A DNA stretch of 62,363 nucleotides, counting the filler, from Bipalium vagum (taxonomy: Eukaryota), in the NCBI GenBank assembly GCA_037834085.1. It is 3 parts of 3 records of this genome, joined end to end, with 100 filler letters (N's around TTAATTAATTAA, not from the genome) between each part and the next. Parts side by side here need not be neighbours in the genome. Positions count along the whole stretch, not along the records: positions 1 to 23,575 come from JBBMKC010205710.1; positions 23,676 to 45,645 come from JBBMKC010228534.1; 1 more part is not named here. One strand, given 5' to 3'. The notes under the pieces are model-generated. The model did not search any database, was not told the DNA's origin, and worked only from the letters and a program-made list of their open reading frames with translations. Position numbers and translations under genes: made by a program. Positions 12,269 to 26,076 of this stretch are shown one piece after another; position 1 is the first letter of the stretch, and every line of letters starts with the position of its first letter.

Positions 12269-15189
12269 AAATTGTAGGGCAATTTCGCGGTGATGCAAAT
12301 TTATAAAATAGCATAATTGTATAGACATAATCTTTTATTCAATAAATATTAGTTTTATTTCAGTTTTTCATTTTTAGGAATGATGTACGAAATAATAATA
12401 TAAATAAATAATAATATTATTAATAAAACTAATGATAATGATAATAATAATAAAATAATTGTAATAATAAAAAAATGATATTATTATTAATAATAATGAT
12501 ATTAATAATAACTGTTATAAAATAATAATTAATAATAATAGTAATAATGATAAAAACAAAAATAAAAAACCAATGACATGACAGACGAACAGTATAACAT
12601 TGAAACTAACAATTTAAGTGTCAAATTTGCTCATTCATGCCTATTTAAAACGAATGGCTGATTTGTAATTGTCAATTTAAACGGTTTTCATTGACAACTG
12701 CTGATGAAGTCTCACCAGATGTTGGATTTTGTAGAAATTGACGGAGTTGTCAGACATTCGAAGATATTTTCATAAAATATTTTGATGGAAATCTTGAAAA
12801 TTTTTCGATATTTTAATAAACTCCTAATACTAACAGTAATTATATTGTAATAAAACAATGGATAAAATAATAAATACATAATTTTTCTTTCAATGTTTTG
12901 ATCAGTTTGTTTTTTTCTACGATAATGTTATATGATATAACTTATATCTATATATATATATTGCCAATATATCATGGATAGAATTCATATGGGATTTTAT
13001 AAGGTGGAATATAATTGTTGGGAAAATTATTTTTACACTTGTTACGTTACAAAAAATTTGAATGAAAAATCGAATTTTCAGGTTGAAATTCACACATCAA
13101 TTAGTCAGAATTATATTTTTATTATTATAATTATAATTTTATATATTTCAATAAATCAATATATAAAAATATTAATTAATACAGGAGAAGATTTTGAAGA
13201 TATAGGCTTTAGGTGGGATTTTCTGAGCAGTTGAAACAATTTTATTCCGTATTAAGGTTTTCATAATTAAAAATGGTTTTTCATATTTATTATTATTATA
13301 CTATTCATAGCATAAACAATAACGTGGCTAAAAATGAATAATTTTTAGGTAGAAAATGTATTGGATAGATCTGTTAAATTTTGAAATCTTTTCATTCTCA
13401 TTTAAAGAAGCTTTTATATACATAACAATTTATGAAATATCAATATTTCTTAAAAATCTTTAGATGATAATGTGAAATTTGAAGTTATTTCGATTTCGGA
13501 AATTGAACTTATTATTAGAAAAATGATGCTAATCAGACCACGGGAATGTATAATTTTAAAATAATATTTTATATTCATAATTTAGTGGTTTATTAATATT
13601 ATATGTATTAAATATTATCGAATTTAAATAATAAATTAATATAGAATAACAGGATTACCTAAAAAAAATAATTTTTATAATTAATGTAAAAATATAAATA
13701 TTTTCTATAAATTATTAAAGACATTAAAATTCCATGATCTGATAAAAAATGTTTGAATATTACGATTATTTATGTTACATAATAATTGTTTCAAATTATC
13801 TTCTCTTACTGATTACAAAACGATAGATGTTGAAATGGCGACAACATCATTAGAAATATAGTTAAAAATAGCATCTTTTATGAGATGGCCTGATAAGTAA
13901 TCAATCAATAGCTTAATAAAAATAATAATGAAAAGACACTGGTATATAATACCAGTTTTAATACAATAGTGACATTAATTCAACAAAAATCATTTACTTT
14001 CAATTAAAAAATCCTCATAATAGGTTTAGGTGTTATGAATGTGTTAAGAAGCCTACTAAATTTGGATCTATTTGTGTAGATTATTTATTCCCTATCAAAA
14101 TAATTACATTAAATAACTTATTAATCTGAATTCTCCCGTCAAAATTAATCTTCCGAATGATTGAAATTGTGAAATTTTTTTACTAGAATTAATTATAGAA
14201 ATTATATTGGTAAAATAAATATAAATTTGAAATCACACAAATTCCGATTATTTATATTATATTATATTTATACATTTTTATTAGCTCTATTAGCGTTTTC
14301 ATAATAATTTAAAATAATGTTTCGTCTCTCATTATTGAGTTCTTGGTCATGGAGTGATTAATTAGCATTAATTATTTTTTATTAATAAAATAATATCAGA
14401 TGCCTATTATTTATTTGAGTATGTACAATTAAAAACATGATAAAATAATACCCGACGTCACCATGTTAATTTACATGTTTGAGGTCGACGTACTGAACCC
14501 AAATCAAAACAGTAAACAAATAATTCGGGAAAATTGAATAATAATCAACTGAATAAGACCAGGGTAGATTTAAGACAGAATTTCATGAATAAATTTCACT
14601 GTGATTAGTGATTTAGCCAGGAGGTCCTCAGATCTGATAATCTTTCGAATTCGTAGGCAGTAACACTAATATCTGAATTGTATCTAATTTTGTTTCCACA
14701 GTACCTCATTTTGCTTTCGTTCAGTTTTCCATGGTTATTCGTCATTTAAAATACGAAGTTTCAAATAAAACCGGCTCATTTTCGTTTTAAAAGTGATTTC
14801 GTTTTATTTTATCATGTTTTTAGATGAACGGTCTTACTGAGGTCAAGCTGTATCAGAATTCTTTTATGAAAAATGATCTTTGGAGACCATTTGATTAGGA
14901 TTTCTTCTTCATCAATCAACTAATTAATTAGTAGTAATTAAAAATTAATAATAATAAATTAACTATGAAGTTTTATCAACTCTAGAGGCTGAGATTTAAG
15001 AAGAAAAAATTACACTTTTGAATTTGAATTAGCATTGTGGATCACAAATTTAATCTCGCGCCACACAATTATGATAGTTAATAATTAAATAAAACAAATT
15101 TTATTTTTAAGACATGATAATTTTCATTTATTTTAATTCAAATCTTTTTCTTTTATAATTTTTTCTCTTTCTTTCTAACTGAGCATAAA

Positions 15190-15950
15190 TACAGGATGGT
15201 CTCTAAAAGTCACTTTGCTATTTATAAATTGAAAAATATTGTCTGTTAATAAATTATTTTATTGTTTCTGATAAAATAAGTAAACAAAAATGAATTTTAT
15301 TTTAACTATTTATGAAGAATGATGTCACATAAATAACACAATTTTTCGTTTCGCAAGTGAAGGCTCTTTTTAAAAAATTTCTATGACAGCTCTTAGAACG
15401 TGCGAATGGCACCTATTGAAATTTTGCTTGAATGTTGTTCTTAAGCTGTGGAATAGTTCTGGGCTTGTTAGCATACAACAGGTCTTTCAGGTAACCTAAA
15501 ACGAAAAAGTCTGATACTATTATGTTTGAAAAATGTACAAGCCATTGAAAATCTGAATTTCCGAAAATTCTTCGCTTTCCAAAGAACTGACTTATCTACT
15601 CTATTGTTGTTCTGTCACTGTAACCAGTTTTCCCCGTATTGTTGCCACCATGTTTCAGACATATCATCTACCCCTGATTGCACAAAATTTAACAAAAAGT
15701 TTTCAATGCCGGTTGTCTGTGACTGTAACTGCATTTCCATTTTCGTCCTCCAAATGTAAGGGCCGATTATTTTCTCAGATTTTATTCAACATAAAACTGT
15801 GATATTAAGGGAATGCATTTCAAGAGAATGGTTCCCCCTCGGATTCTCAGTACCCCAAATTTTGTATTTTGCCTATTGACATAGGTATTCAGGTGAAAAT
15901 GCGACTTATCATCCCTTACTTATGTTGTGAAAAACGTTTTATATTTCTTT
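15190..15950 (-). mobile_element. Tc1/mariner-superfamily transposase remnant (HFHLNGYVNKQN-type)
   Basis: Minus strand: HFHLNTYVNRQNTKFWGTENPR…IIGPY…WWQQ…LKDLLYANKPRTIPQLKNNI; TA-CAGG terminal-like end near 15190. Confidence 0.7.
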
Positions 15951-16662
15951 TTCAACTCATCGAGTTTTTAAAATAAATAATAAATTTAAGAATATTTCAG
16001 TTTTAATATTTATTTATTTTACATTTACTATTTTTCTAAGACTTGATCAAACTCAAAATCGACCAAAATCATTATCACATTATTGGAATGTTTTCCTTTA
16101 ACATTAATTAAACGAAATCTTTTAATCAGATGGCTTGTCTAACCTATTTCCACCGAATTGTCTCTAACATGGACAGTATTGTTTTCAATTACTTCACCAA
16201 ATCGGAACTGGCTAATTCTACGTTTTCATTTTAAATATGCAGAAGGAATCTCACTATTGAATAAGCTGATGGTGTATAGAGGAAATGGATCATTTCAACG
16301 AATCCAAAGCCAATAGTAAAAAAAAATAATTTTATCCCATTCTTAAGTAAAGAAGTTAAAAAATCGATATTTTTAGGCAGGAGAAAGTTTATTAAATATT
16401 GTTAAGAAGTTTACATTGGTTAATGTCAAATATTAATTAAATTATAATCAATATACACGATCGTTACTTTGAGTAAATAATTATATTCTAATTTTATTTT
16501 TAATTAAATAAAATTAAGTAGAATCCATTTAAAATCCATTTCTGAATTCCAAAAAACGAAATTTACTTTAACTGAGAAATACAGAAAATATAAATTAATT
16601 AATAAAAAATATTGATTAATTATTGATGTTTTTAAATTATGTTCTCTTGAGTTATTAATTTT

Positions 16663-16875
16663 TTATTAAAAATTATATTTCTTATTAAAAATTATATTTC
16701 TTATTAAAAATTATATTTCTTATTAAAAATTATATTTCTTATTAAAAATTATATTTCTNNNNNNNNNNNNNNNNNNNNNNNNNNNNNNNNNNNNNNNNNN
16801 NNNNNNNNNNNNNNNNNNNNNNNNNNNNNNNNNNNNNNNNNNNNNNNNNNNNNNNNNNTATTAAAAATTATATTT
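16663..16875. repeat. 19-bp tandem repeat (TTATTAAAAATTATATTTC)n flanking an N gap
   Basis: About 5 copies before the gap and a partial copy after it. Confidence 0.85.
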
Positions 16876-18465
16876 TTATGTAAAGATTATGTTTTTATTT
16901 AAGATATTATTTTTTATTGAAGTTAAAATAGTTTTTTTTAAATGACACTACTAATGAAAAATTGATATAGTGTAAATAGTAAAATTTTTGCAGATTTGTG
17001 AGCATCGCTTTTAATGCAGCTTCAAAGAAAAATAATGGCACTATCATGTTGACCAATTGAAATCAGCATTTTGAGATAATTGTCTTTAAATTTAGACTGC
17101 AATACGGTATTGTCTCTTGGAACTTTTGGTACCATTTTGTTGAAATAATTTTTATAATCCGTTATCCATAACATTTCAAGTTGTCCTTTCTGTGCGGTGT
17201 TTATGTTGAGATAAAACCATAAGAATATTTAAAGAATAAATCTGATACTGTAATTTAATTAGTACATTTATAAAACTTTCTGTTATTGACTGTTCTTAAC
17301 TAAAATACTATTGGCCTACTAATTTTGCGACTTACCATGCTAAGGATTGAAATAATATATAATAATATAAATTAATAATTTTTTTTAATTACAACAATTG
17401 GGTTTGAAAGGAATTTTATCTAATTATAACTCTTTGATCGTAGCCATAGCTGGACTTTGACCAATCTGTTTTATCTATCCAAGATTAGAGGTTTGAGCTA
17501 AAAAACTTTCTTCACCTGACTGACTGGAGAGTATTATTCGAGTTCTCCAAGTTCTGACCAGATAAACTATAGAACAGATCTCAGAATTAAGGACTTGGAG
17601 AGAAAAGGATATTTGTAAAGAAAATATTGAACTGTTATTGAAAGTTATTGACTATCGGGAAGCTATTCGAAAGTTTATTAAAACAGAAAAATATTCTGTT
17701 TATAAAAAGATATTTGAGCCGTTTATTGGTGAATTATCTCTATGTTATATCATTAAAAGAATTGAACTCGGATCCTTATCGAGCTTGAAGACTAAAGATT
17801 GTTTATAGACCGTGATTTATCATCCTGAAACTTAAACCATAATAAATTTAATTGTTTAGATGGATCATCAATCATTTAATTTTATTTTCATTTAATTTGA
17901 TTTTCCTTCGTTCTATTTTATTGCACTTTGCTTATTCATCTATTCTGACATTGATATGAAATTCCCGGAGAAATTTGAAGGACATCGTGATATTTCTGTG
18001 TAGTGGTGGTGTCTTGATATTTCGTGAACTTGCTTGAAGATTGTTGTGATATTACAACTCTAGATATTATGTGTTACGATTGAATACAAATTTTAGACTT
18101 GTTATTTGTTTTATCGTAAAGACACAACTATAAGATTTCTTTGAAATCACATCTTACGACGAGCTTTGTTAATTATATACATATTAACAATAATTAATTT
18201 ATAAAGAAAACAAAAATAACAATTTTCATGTACACAAAAGAAAAAGCTTTAGCAGTTGTTATTGGAATTCTCTATCTATTATATCCATTCGGATCTTTCT
18301 TTAGTTTCAATAAAAATTTTTAAATACGATTTATTACTTTTGGGCTTTTTAAATCAAAAATATTCTCAAATTACTTTCTTATATAAAATTAGTGCAATTT
18401 TTTGCAAAAAAATACAATAATATTACAGTTTAAGGTTGACATGAGCAGTCAATTTAAAATAGTAA

Positions 18466-19756
18466 TACTATCTTCAAAAAGCAAGGTAACTTATAAATGA
18501 GAAACTCAGATAGATGTTGGAGTCCAAAACATGTTATTTCTATATTTCCACAACACCCATCTATATTTTTGACGAATTTCACTTTGATATGTTAAATAAA
18601 AAATAAGCAGCAGTTGTTTATTTACATCAATTAATTGACCATTTTACGATTTTTCAAAATATCTATTACAGAGCAAAAAAGTTGCATTAAATTTTGTTCA
18701 AGAAATGAAATCAATGCAACCAAATCTTTTCAAATGATGCAGAGAGCAGTTAGTGATCAATGCTTATCCAGAAAAAATATATTCGAGTGATATAAATTTT
18801 TCGGAGAAGGTTCTGAATACATAGAAGATGAAGCTGAAGATGATAACAAAAGGAAATGTGCAAAAAATAAGGACAAAGTTTTGGAAAATTGAGATCTCAC
18901 AGTAAAAGAGCTTATAGATGATGTAGGCATATCTATAGATTCAGTGATTGCAATTTTAAATGGCGTATTGAACCTAAAACGTTTTTCAGATAAGCTGATA
19001 CCAAATGATTTGATTTTTTGTAAAAACAGCATCGTGTTGATGTTGCTATAGAGATACTGAAGTAAGTAGAAAATGACCCAACATTCATCAAGTGTATTAT
19101 TATTGGTGATGAGGCATTGGTTTGCCAGTTTGATATGATGACAAAGCAACAGTCCGTTGAATGGCGAACTCACGATAAACCAAGACCTAAAATAGTTCGT
19201 CGACCGCAATCAAATATCAAGACCCTGTTAACAGTTTTTATAGATTATTGTGGTGTAGTTCATCATAAATTTCTTGCAGAAAGTTGTAAGGTAAATAAAG
19301 ATTATTATTTATAAGTTATGCGTCATTTACATAAGGCATTTCGTCAAAAAAGACCAGATTTGTGACTGGACAATTCATGGTTTTTACACCACTTCAACGC
19401 CTATTCTCATAATGCATTATTATTTGTGACATTTTATTCAAAAATTCAAATTTTACTTTGCATGCAGTATATTCTCCAGATCTTTCGACTTTTTTCTGTT
19501 CAATCTATTAAAGAAATCACTTCTATGAACCGGATTTGATTCGGTTGAATCGATAAAACAAAAATCGAAAGACGAACTTATGAACACTCTGAGAATTGAT
19601 TTTCAAGTGTTTTCTGAATTGATTCGACGTTGGCGCATGTGTATTGCAACAGGAGAAGAGTAGACAAAATAAAATTTTGAAGTAGACAAAATAAATTTTG
19701 GTGATTAAATAAATATTGTTTTATTTTGATCGACACCTTAATTTTTGAACATAGCA
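18466..19756 (+). mobile_element. Full-length (~1.29 kb) decayed mariner element
   Basis: TIR pair TACTATCTTCAAAAAGCAAGGT / TGCTATGTTCAAAAATTAAGGT. Transposase pieces IKFCSRNEINATKSFQMM, IIGDEALVCQFDMMTKQQSVEWRTHDKPRPK…LLTVFIDYCGVVHHKFL, WFLHH, YSPDL, with stops and frameshifts. Confidence 0.9.
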
Positions 19757-20002
19757 TATTTCAATTATATACTAATAGATAGTATTATCTTTTGGAGTGT
19801 AAAAATTTATTATAAAACGTTTTTATGATTTTATTAGATTAATTAATAATTAATTATATAGTGAAAACGTGTTTATTCGATAAGTAGAGGAGCATAAAAT
19901 GTTTGGATAAGACTGAGAATAAAAACTCAGAAAATTGGTTTCAAGATCTATGTGAAAATTTTTTTAAGGTTTTAATACCAAAGAAATTTATTTAACGTTG
20001 TA

Positions 20003-20380
20003 TATTGGGTTGTCTCAAGAGTTCTACAAGTGTTAAATACAACTTATATTTTTTGTTAAATATGATTATAAAAAATCTCAACGCTATACATCAAATGAGT
20101 CGTTAAATTTGATCTTCGGATTTTTTTGAATGACCGCCGTTTTCAATCAATTGATAAAATCAAAGAAGCATGTCAAGAGTCATTTGATTTAAAGGAACCT
20201 GAATGGTATTTTGAACAGTTTTGAAAGCTTGCTGACTTATGGTAGAAAGTGGAAAATAATGATGTATAGTATTTTATTAACATTGTTATAAATCTTAATA
20301 ATAAAATAAATTTATAATTTAAATAAATTTTGATTAATAATTAAATTTTTCTATTGCAGAAATTTTGGAAAAACCTAATA
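20003..20380 (+). mobile_element. Non-autonomous, MITE-like mariner derivative (378 bp)
   Basis: TIRs TATTGGGTTGTCTCAAGAGTTCTACAA / TATTAGGTTTTTCCAAAATTTCTGCAA; inside only the transposase C-terminus FLNDRRFQSIDKIKEACQESFDLKEPEWYF. Confidence 0.75.
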
Positions 20381-20589
20381 TTTGAAGATTTCTTTTGATT
20401 ATTAATTAAGCACTCACTAAATGGACTTTCTTTTAACTTATATTTTATTATTTTGTATAAATTTTAATTCCCATAAAACATTTCGTACATAATAATAATT
20501 AAAGTTACCATGAATGAAGATTTTCATAATGAAGATTTTCGTTCTTTATAGATATTTTTTATATTATTTTTATCCATTTTCTCTTCTTA

Positions 20590-21225
20590 ATTAAGAAATG
20601 GATATTCTTTGACGACACCAGAGGTTCCGGGGAGTGGGTATACAAAGATGCTCAACTAAGCACTGTTGCAAAGCAAGGAATTACTCCAAGGAAAGTAATG
20701 ATAATCTTCTGGTGGTCTGTGGCCGGTATTATTCATTATCATTTTTTGGATTTTGGAGAAACTGTCACAATGGAATCATATTGTGGTCAACTTGATGCTT
20801 GTCATGAAAAACTGAAGCAAAACGACCCTGCCTTGGTGAATCGCAACCGCCCTTACTTTTTCACAAAAATACGCGGCCACATATTGCTAAATTAATTCTA
20901 CAAAAATTACATGATCTTAATTACAAAACTTATCTTATATCCCAGATATATCTCCCACAGATTATCATCTGTTCCTGTCACTTGACAATTTCCTGCGAAA
21001 TAATAAGTTTAAAAATCATGATAATGTTTATCATACCTTCGCCTCTTTTATTGAATTCCGTGACCAGTACAATTTCAGAAACGGTATAAAGAAACTCGTA
21101 GGACGTTGGCAAATTGTTGCAGATGCCAATGGTGCATATTTTGATTAATAAAATTTTTTTGAATGACATTTCAACTTTTGATTTGTGAGATGAAAAAGCC
21201 ATAATACTTTTCCCTCAACCAAATA
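20590..21225 (+). mobile_element. 5'-truncated mariner, cecropia (Hsmar1-like) type
   Basis: KKWIFFDD…PRKVMIIFWWSVAGIIHYHFLDFGETVT…PALVNR…PDISPTDYHLFLSLDNFL…GRWQIVADANGAYFD*; 3' TIR at ~21199-21225. Confidence 0.85.
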
Positions 21226-22429
21226 TTTTCATAGTAAAAAAAAAGACAAATATTTATATCGTGAAATTTCGAAAATCAAATGCTTGATTGATTCGATCTA
21301 AAAAATTCTCTTGTTCAATTGTATATTGGATAAAAAGAAAATTTTCAACTGATGAAAGACGTTCAACAATTAAAATTCTAAACAAACAATCAACAAAATT
21401 TAATTAAATTCATTAACATTAAAAAATATTTATGTTTGTGTGCATCCGTAGGGGAGAAATATATCAACAAATGTACGACAGATGATGCCGAGTCTGGCTG
21501 ATAGCAAGAAGTCAATGAACTAGCAGATTGATTCCTAGACAAACAATCAATCAAGGGAATGAATACGGCAATATGATTATTGTCAACGAGCTCGTTTTAT
21601 AATACCTGTCGCTTGTCTGATATGACTTCAGAGTAAAATTAATAATTCAACCTGATATTCAATTTCAATAATGATACACCTCAAACATAAAACCGCTACC
21701 AAAATAAAAATCTATATGCAAACAATGTTTTGTAAAGAGTAGTTAATCTGGTGGTTGATTAAAACAAACTGAAACATTAATGTTTTTCACTAGTCAATTT
21801 CATAATTAAATCAATGTAACAAAAAAAAATAAATTAATTGTGAAAAAACGTATTCGCAGCTGTATATATTGGCACTAGTTTTATTTAATTTATTACAAAT
21901 TGCATTGAATATCTATGAGATTTGTTTAAATGGATACGTTTTACTCAACAGGGTCATTGTCATAAAAATGACAGATCCTGTCTGAATATTTAACTTGATA
22001 GCTTTTAAGAACAATGTAAACAAAATTTTGTAAAATAATGGTTTTAAATTTTTATTTAGGTACATAGAACCCACTTTTAAAATGAAGAATTATCTTATTT
22101 CATTCAATGGGTCTATTGAAAACCAAAGGAAAAAAAGAAATTATTCTTTAATTTTTATTACAAGGCTCCCTTAATTCTGATCTTTTATAAAAATAAATGA
22201 AAAGGTTCAAATTCAAACTTTTGGGGTTTTTAACATATTTGTATATATAAATATTGTCAGTCCGCGGATTTTAAATTCAATTTGTTTAAATAAACGATTT
22301 AGAAGGCGCTTAAAATAGAGAAATGAAGAATACACGTGGTATGTTTACTTTCTTATTTGGGATGGAGAAATTGTTATCTGAAATATTTGAAATACTAGTA
22401 GAACTTTGTTTTAATGATGCCCAGTCTTC

Positions 22430-23070
22430 ATTAAAGTCCTAATTCTGGCTTTAAATATTCAAATTGCGCAATTTCGGATTACATCAAAGAGAATAAGTCA
22501 ACGAAATGAGTCTGAAGATGGTGATTTGCAAAATATGTTAAATGAAAAACTCCTTCAAATGGTGAAGAAGTTAACTAAGGGCTTTCGATGGGGTTGGAGA
22601 AATTTTAAATGAAGAAAAATGAGTTCTACATGAGTTCAGTGAAAGTTCAGTTAGTGAGTGCTTAATTAATAATTGGTGTATTTCTGTCTTTAATTGTGAA
22701 GCACAACAAAGTTTTTAAAGGATAATTAGTAGGTACGATCAAAATTAGATTTATTTCAATATTCCAAAACAAAAGAAATCAAGACTTGATTCAGGAAAGA
22801 TATCGGAGAAATATTGAAAAGTTGAGTATCTTGAATTAAAAAGAAAATTGTAGAGCAATAATAATACGCAATAAAAATTGAATGATGGATTGATCAAGAA
22901 AGGCGTTCAATATGTGCAATATCACTATCCTGTAAGGAAATGATATACTGTAACTTTGCCTAAGCGTCAAGCTGTTTGTTTTCCCACATCCAATTTACTT
23001 TCCAAATATTCAAATCAACGGAAATTCTTCTTCATTCAAGTTACTCAAAACTCTAGACTATACATAATCA
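22430..23070 (+). mobile_element. Highly decayed mariner (Mos1-like) remnant
   Basis: Fragments EK*VLHEFSES and RIISRYDQN*IYFNIPKQKKSRLDSG resemble WVPHEL and IVTGDEKWIYFDNPKRKKSW. Confidence 0.5.
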
Positions 23071-23575
23071 TTCGAGATTTTAGATAATTCAGCTCTCAAA
23101 CATTTGTCAATGAAAGCGTTCATTCTGTAATTAGTTATCCTTAGGAATAAAATTTAGGTTTTAAGAGACACTGAAGCAGATAGTGCTTTTTTCAAAGGAA
23201 ATAGGTTAAATTTATTTCTTGGACAGTAACAATTTCAGTAGAAATGACAGTGTTTGATTTATCAGTTCTCATCAGATTTTTATTAATTCTTGATTTCATT
23301 TCAAATCGAGATCAGAAGAGATGTCCTATTCTAATGTTCATTCTTAAATTCTTATTTTAAAAATATTAAATTGAAAAATATTAAAAATATTTATTGTTAC
23401 CAATAAACAATTACAGTTTTAACTAGAGACCTGATAATTGCATTCATAATAAAACAAATAAAATAAAAACCAAAGTAATATTTTATGTTCAAAATTAGGT
23501 TAAATAAACTATGACTTTCTTTTTTCAATATTTATTTTTATTAAATTCAAGAAAACATAAATTTATATGAATAAT

Positions 23576-23675
23576 NNNNNNNNNNNNNNNNNNNNNNNNN
23601 NNNNNNNNNNNNNNNNNNNTTAATTAATTAANNNNNNNNNNNNNNNNNNNNNNNNNNNNNNNNNNNNNNNNNNNN
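23576..23675. other. Assembly spacer: N44-TTAATTAATTAA-N44
   Basis: 100-nt gap with a central six-frame stop linker at 23620-23631. Confidence 0.95.
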
Positions 23676-24559
23676 ATTTTTAATGACAAAATTAAAATAA
23701 CATTGTATTTAACGTTCAAATTTATTCCGAAAATATCGCACGCACCCTGTATGTTTTAAAGTCGTTTTTATAAAACGTATCTCTTCAATTTAATCTTGAA
23801 TAGTAATAATTCTTGTGAACATTTTTTATTTAAAGAATTTTATCATTGTGTTATATTAATATATTGATAATATATATTTCGTGAAATTTCGACGTGAGAT
23901 CAAGTCTGCCGATCTTCAAGTTCTGATAAATATAAATGTATCTCAAAAATATGATAACTGTTAATTAATGATTAGGTAGTTATTATAATTTTACTCTCAT
24001 AAGTTATTCACCTTAATTTAGCGAAAAAGCATTTAATGAGGAGCAAATCAGAATTTTTTTTTTTTTTTTAAATTTTATTTATAGTCATAAGTAGAATATT
24101 TATTTAAATATAATTATATTTGTACTTTTTTTTCGAAAATATTTACCAAAAATATTATTGATCATTAAAATGAGTATTTAATAAAACTGAAAGATATTCC
24201 AGTAATTATATTATTTTATTTATTTATTTTAATCTTAAAGGTCACACACAAAATTCCAAAATAAATATTAATCAATAAAATATTATAATTTTATAACTTT
24301 TATTTTTAATTATATTCTTCATTTTACTGTTTTATTCGTAATTTTTATTATTATTTATCGTTGTTTATTATTTTCTTTTCTTATATTATTTATATTTTCA
24401 TTAAGTAAAACCATAAAAATGATACTGATAAAACCAAAATTAAAATAATTTTTATTTTATTTTAAACTAAACTTATGATATACGGGGTGTGTGTAGTGTA
24501 TTTGATATTAAAATGTAATACCGCAAAGAATTATGAATTTTATATTGTTATCAAAATTA

Positions 24560-25308
24560 TGTTGTCTTTTATGTCAATTGGCAAAAAACTGCAAAAAGTT
24601 AAATATGACGTCAAAATTTTACCATTCAATCAGTTTCGCATTTTCCGATGAACTGTATTGCAGTAAACTCAATTTTCTTTGTAACCAATTCTTTCAAATA
24701 TTGGCTATTTTGTTAAGTTTGATGAGCAAAACCCATCTTTCAAAGCGTTGTCAAATGTGACTTTCCTTAAGTCTGTAAGGAACTTACAAGTCTTTTTTTA
24801 CTTAAACTATGTACTTGGTATAGTTTTAGATGATTGGTTGTGATTCGTTGAGAATCCTTACAATGAAGTTGTTGTTTTGGAACGATCTTCGCTGATTAAG
24901 TCTTTGATGGCGTCGTCATTGATAATCAGTGGATGGCCGGAGCGTTACTTATCTTTGAATGAAAATTTATACATTCAGAAAAATCACATTAAATTATTGT
25001 AACGTTCTTTTAATGCATACTATCAATACACTTCACATATTTCTTGTAAACTAGTGATGAATTTTTTCACTTTTGTTAATAGAAAAGACAAATATATTTC
25101 AAATGTTTGTTCAAATCTTTCGAATTAAATCTGAAAAAATTGAAAAAATGAAAAAAGCAGTTTATGAAATTAACTTTCCAATTGAAATTTGAATCCATCA
25201 ATCACTTTTAATATTTTCTAAACAATGGTTATTTTATATAGAATACAGTTAAATTGAATTTATATCTCTTTATATAAAATCGGTAATTACCTCTTGCCAA
25301 TTCAATAA
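24560..25308 (-). mobile_element. Decayed mariner 5' half
   Basis: Minus strand KDK*RSGHPLIINDDAIKDLISEDR (mariner RSGRP…DDD…LIEED linker); TIR-like end at ~25278-25308. Confidence 0.6.
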
Positions 25309-26076
25309 TTCATTCAAGATAGTTGTATTCAAAATTGATTTTCAATTCAAATTTTTGAAATTTTATCGAATGTATCCATACTTTTTTACAGATTTATGAT
25401 TGTGCTAAGTTACTTTATTAATATTATTATTTTTTTTTCTTTTTTTTTAAAATTATTTTTATTATTATTATTTTTTTTTATTATTATTATTATTACTATT
25501 ACTATTATATTATTATTATCATTATGTGTATTAAACACAGCATATTTTTATAAAAAATTGGACAGATATCTTGTGAAATAATGATAGAAGGTGCAAAAGA
25601 TATGAATGAAACCCAATAAAATAAATACTGCAACGAATAAATAAATCAATTCAGATGATTATATTTCTGAAGTCCAAAAAATAAAAGCAAGGATTGATCA
25701 ACCAGATATTCCTATTTCCTTAATTTCTAGTCAATTACTTTCAATCTATTTTTACAATTTCTCATAACATCGGTTTACTGATCATAATAAAAGGATTCCA
25801 TTAAAATATTGCCTTATATTAAAGTTAATTATTAATATAATAATATATATTATTAATATTGACAATATTTGACACTTGATTATCAAGCAGTAATCTCATA
25901 TTATATGCGTTTCAAATACATTTTTGGCTTACTTTTTAAATATATTTTACAATATTTTTTAAAAATCAGGAAAACATAAAAAACACTTAATCCAAAAGTC
26001 AAATTTTGATTTGCATTAAACTTTATTTATATGAATTTAAGTTCTGTTCAATTTCAATATAAGTAGATATCTATTT

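Noticed and set aside
18757-19209. 150-aa minus ORF (likewise 39518-39766, 39815-40120, 11100-11429, 36040-36420, 56937-57641)
   Set aside because: Antisense to recognisable transposase, gag or dac coding sequence
25396-25581. Hydrophobic 'membrane protein' ORFs (also 27087-27275, 12974-13234, 2488-2679)
   Set aside because: Translations of T-rich or TTA low-complexity DNA
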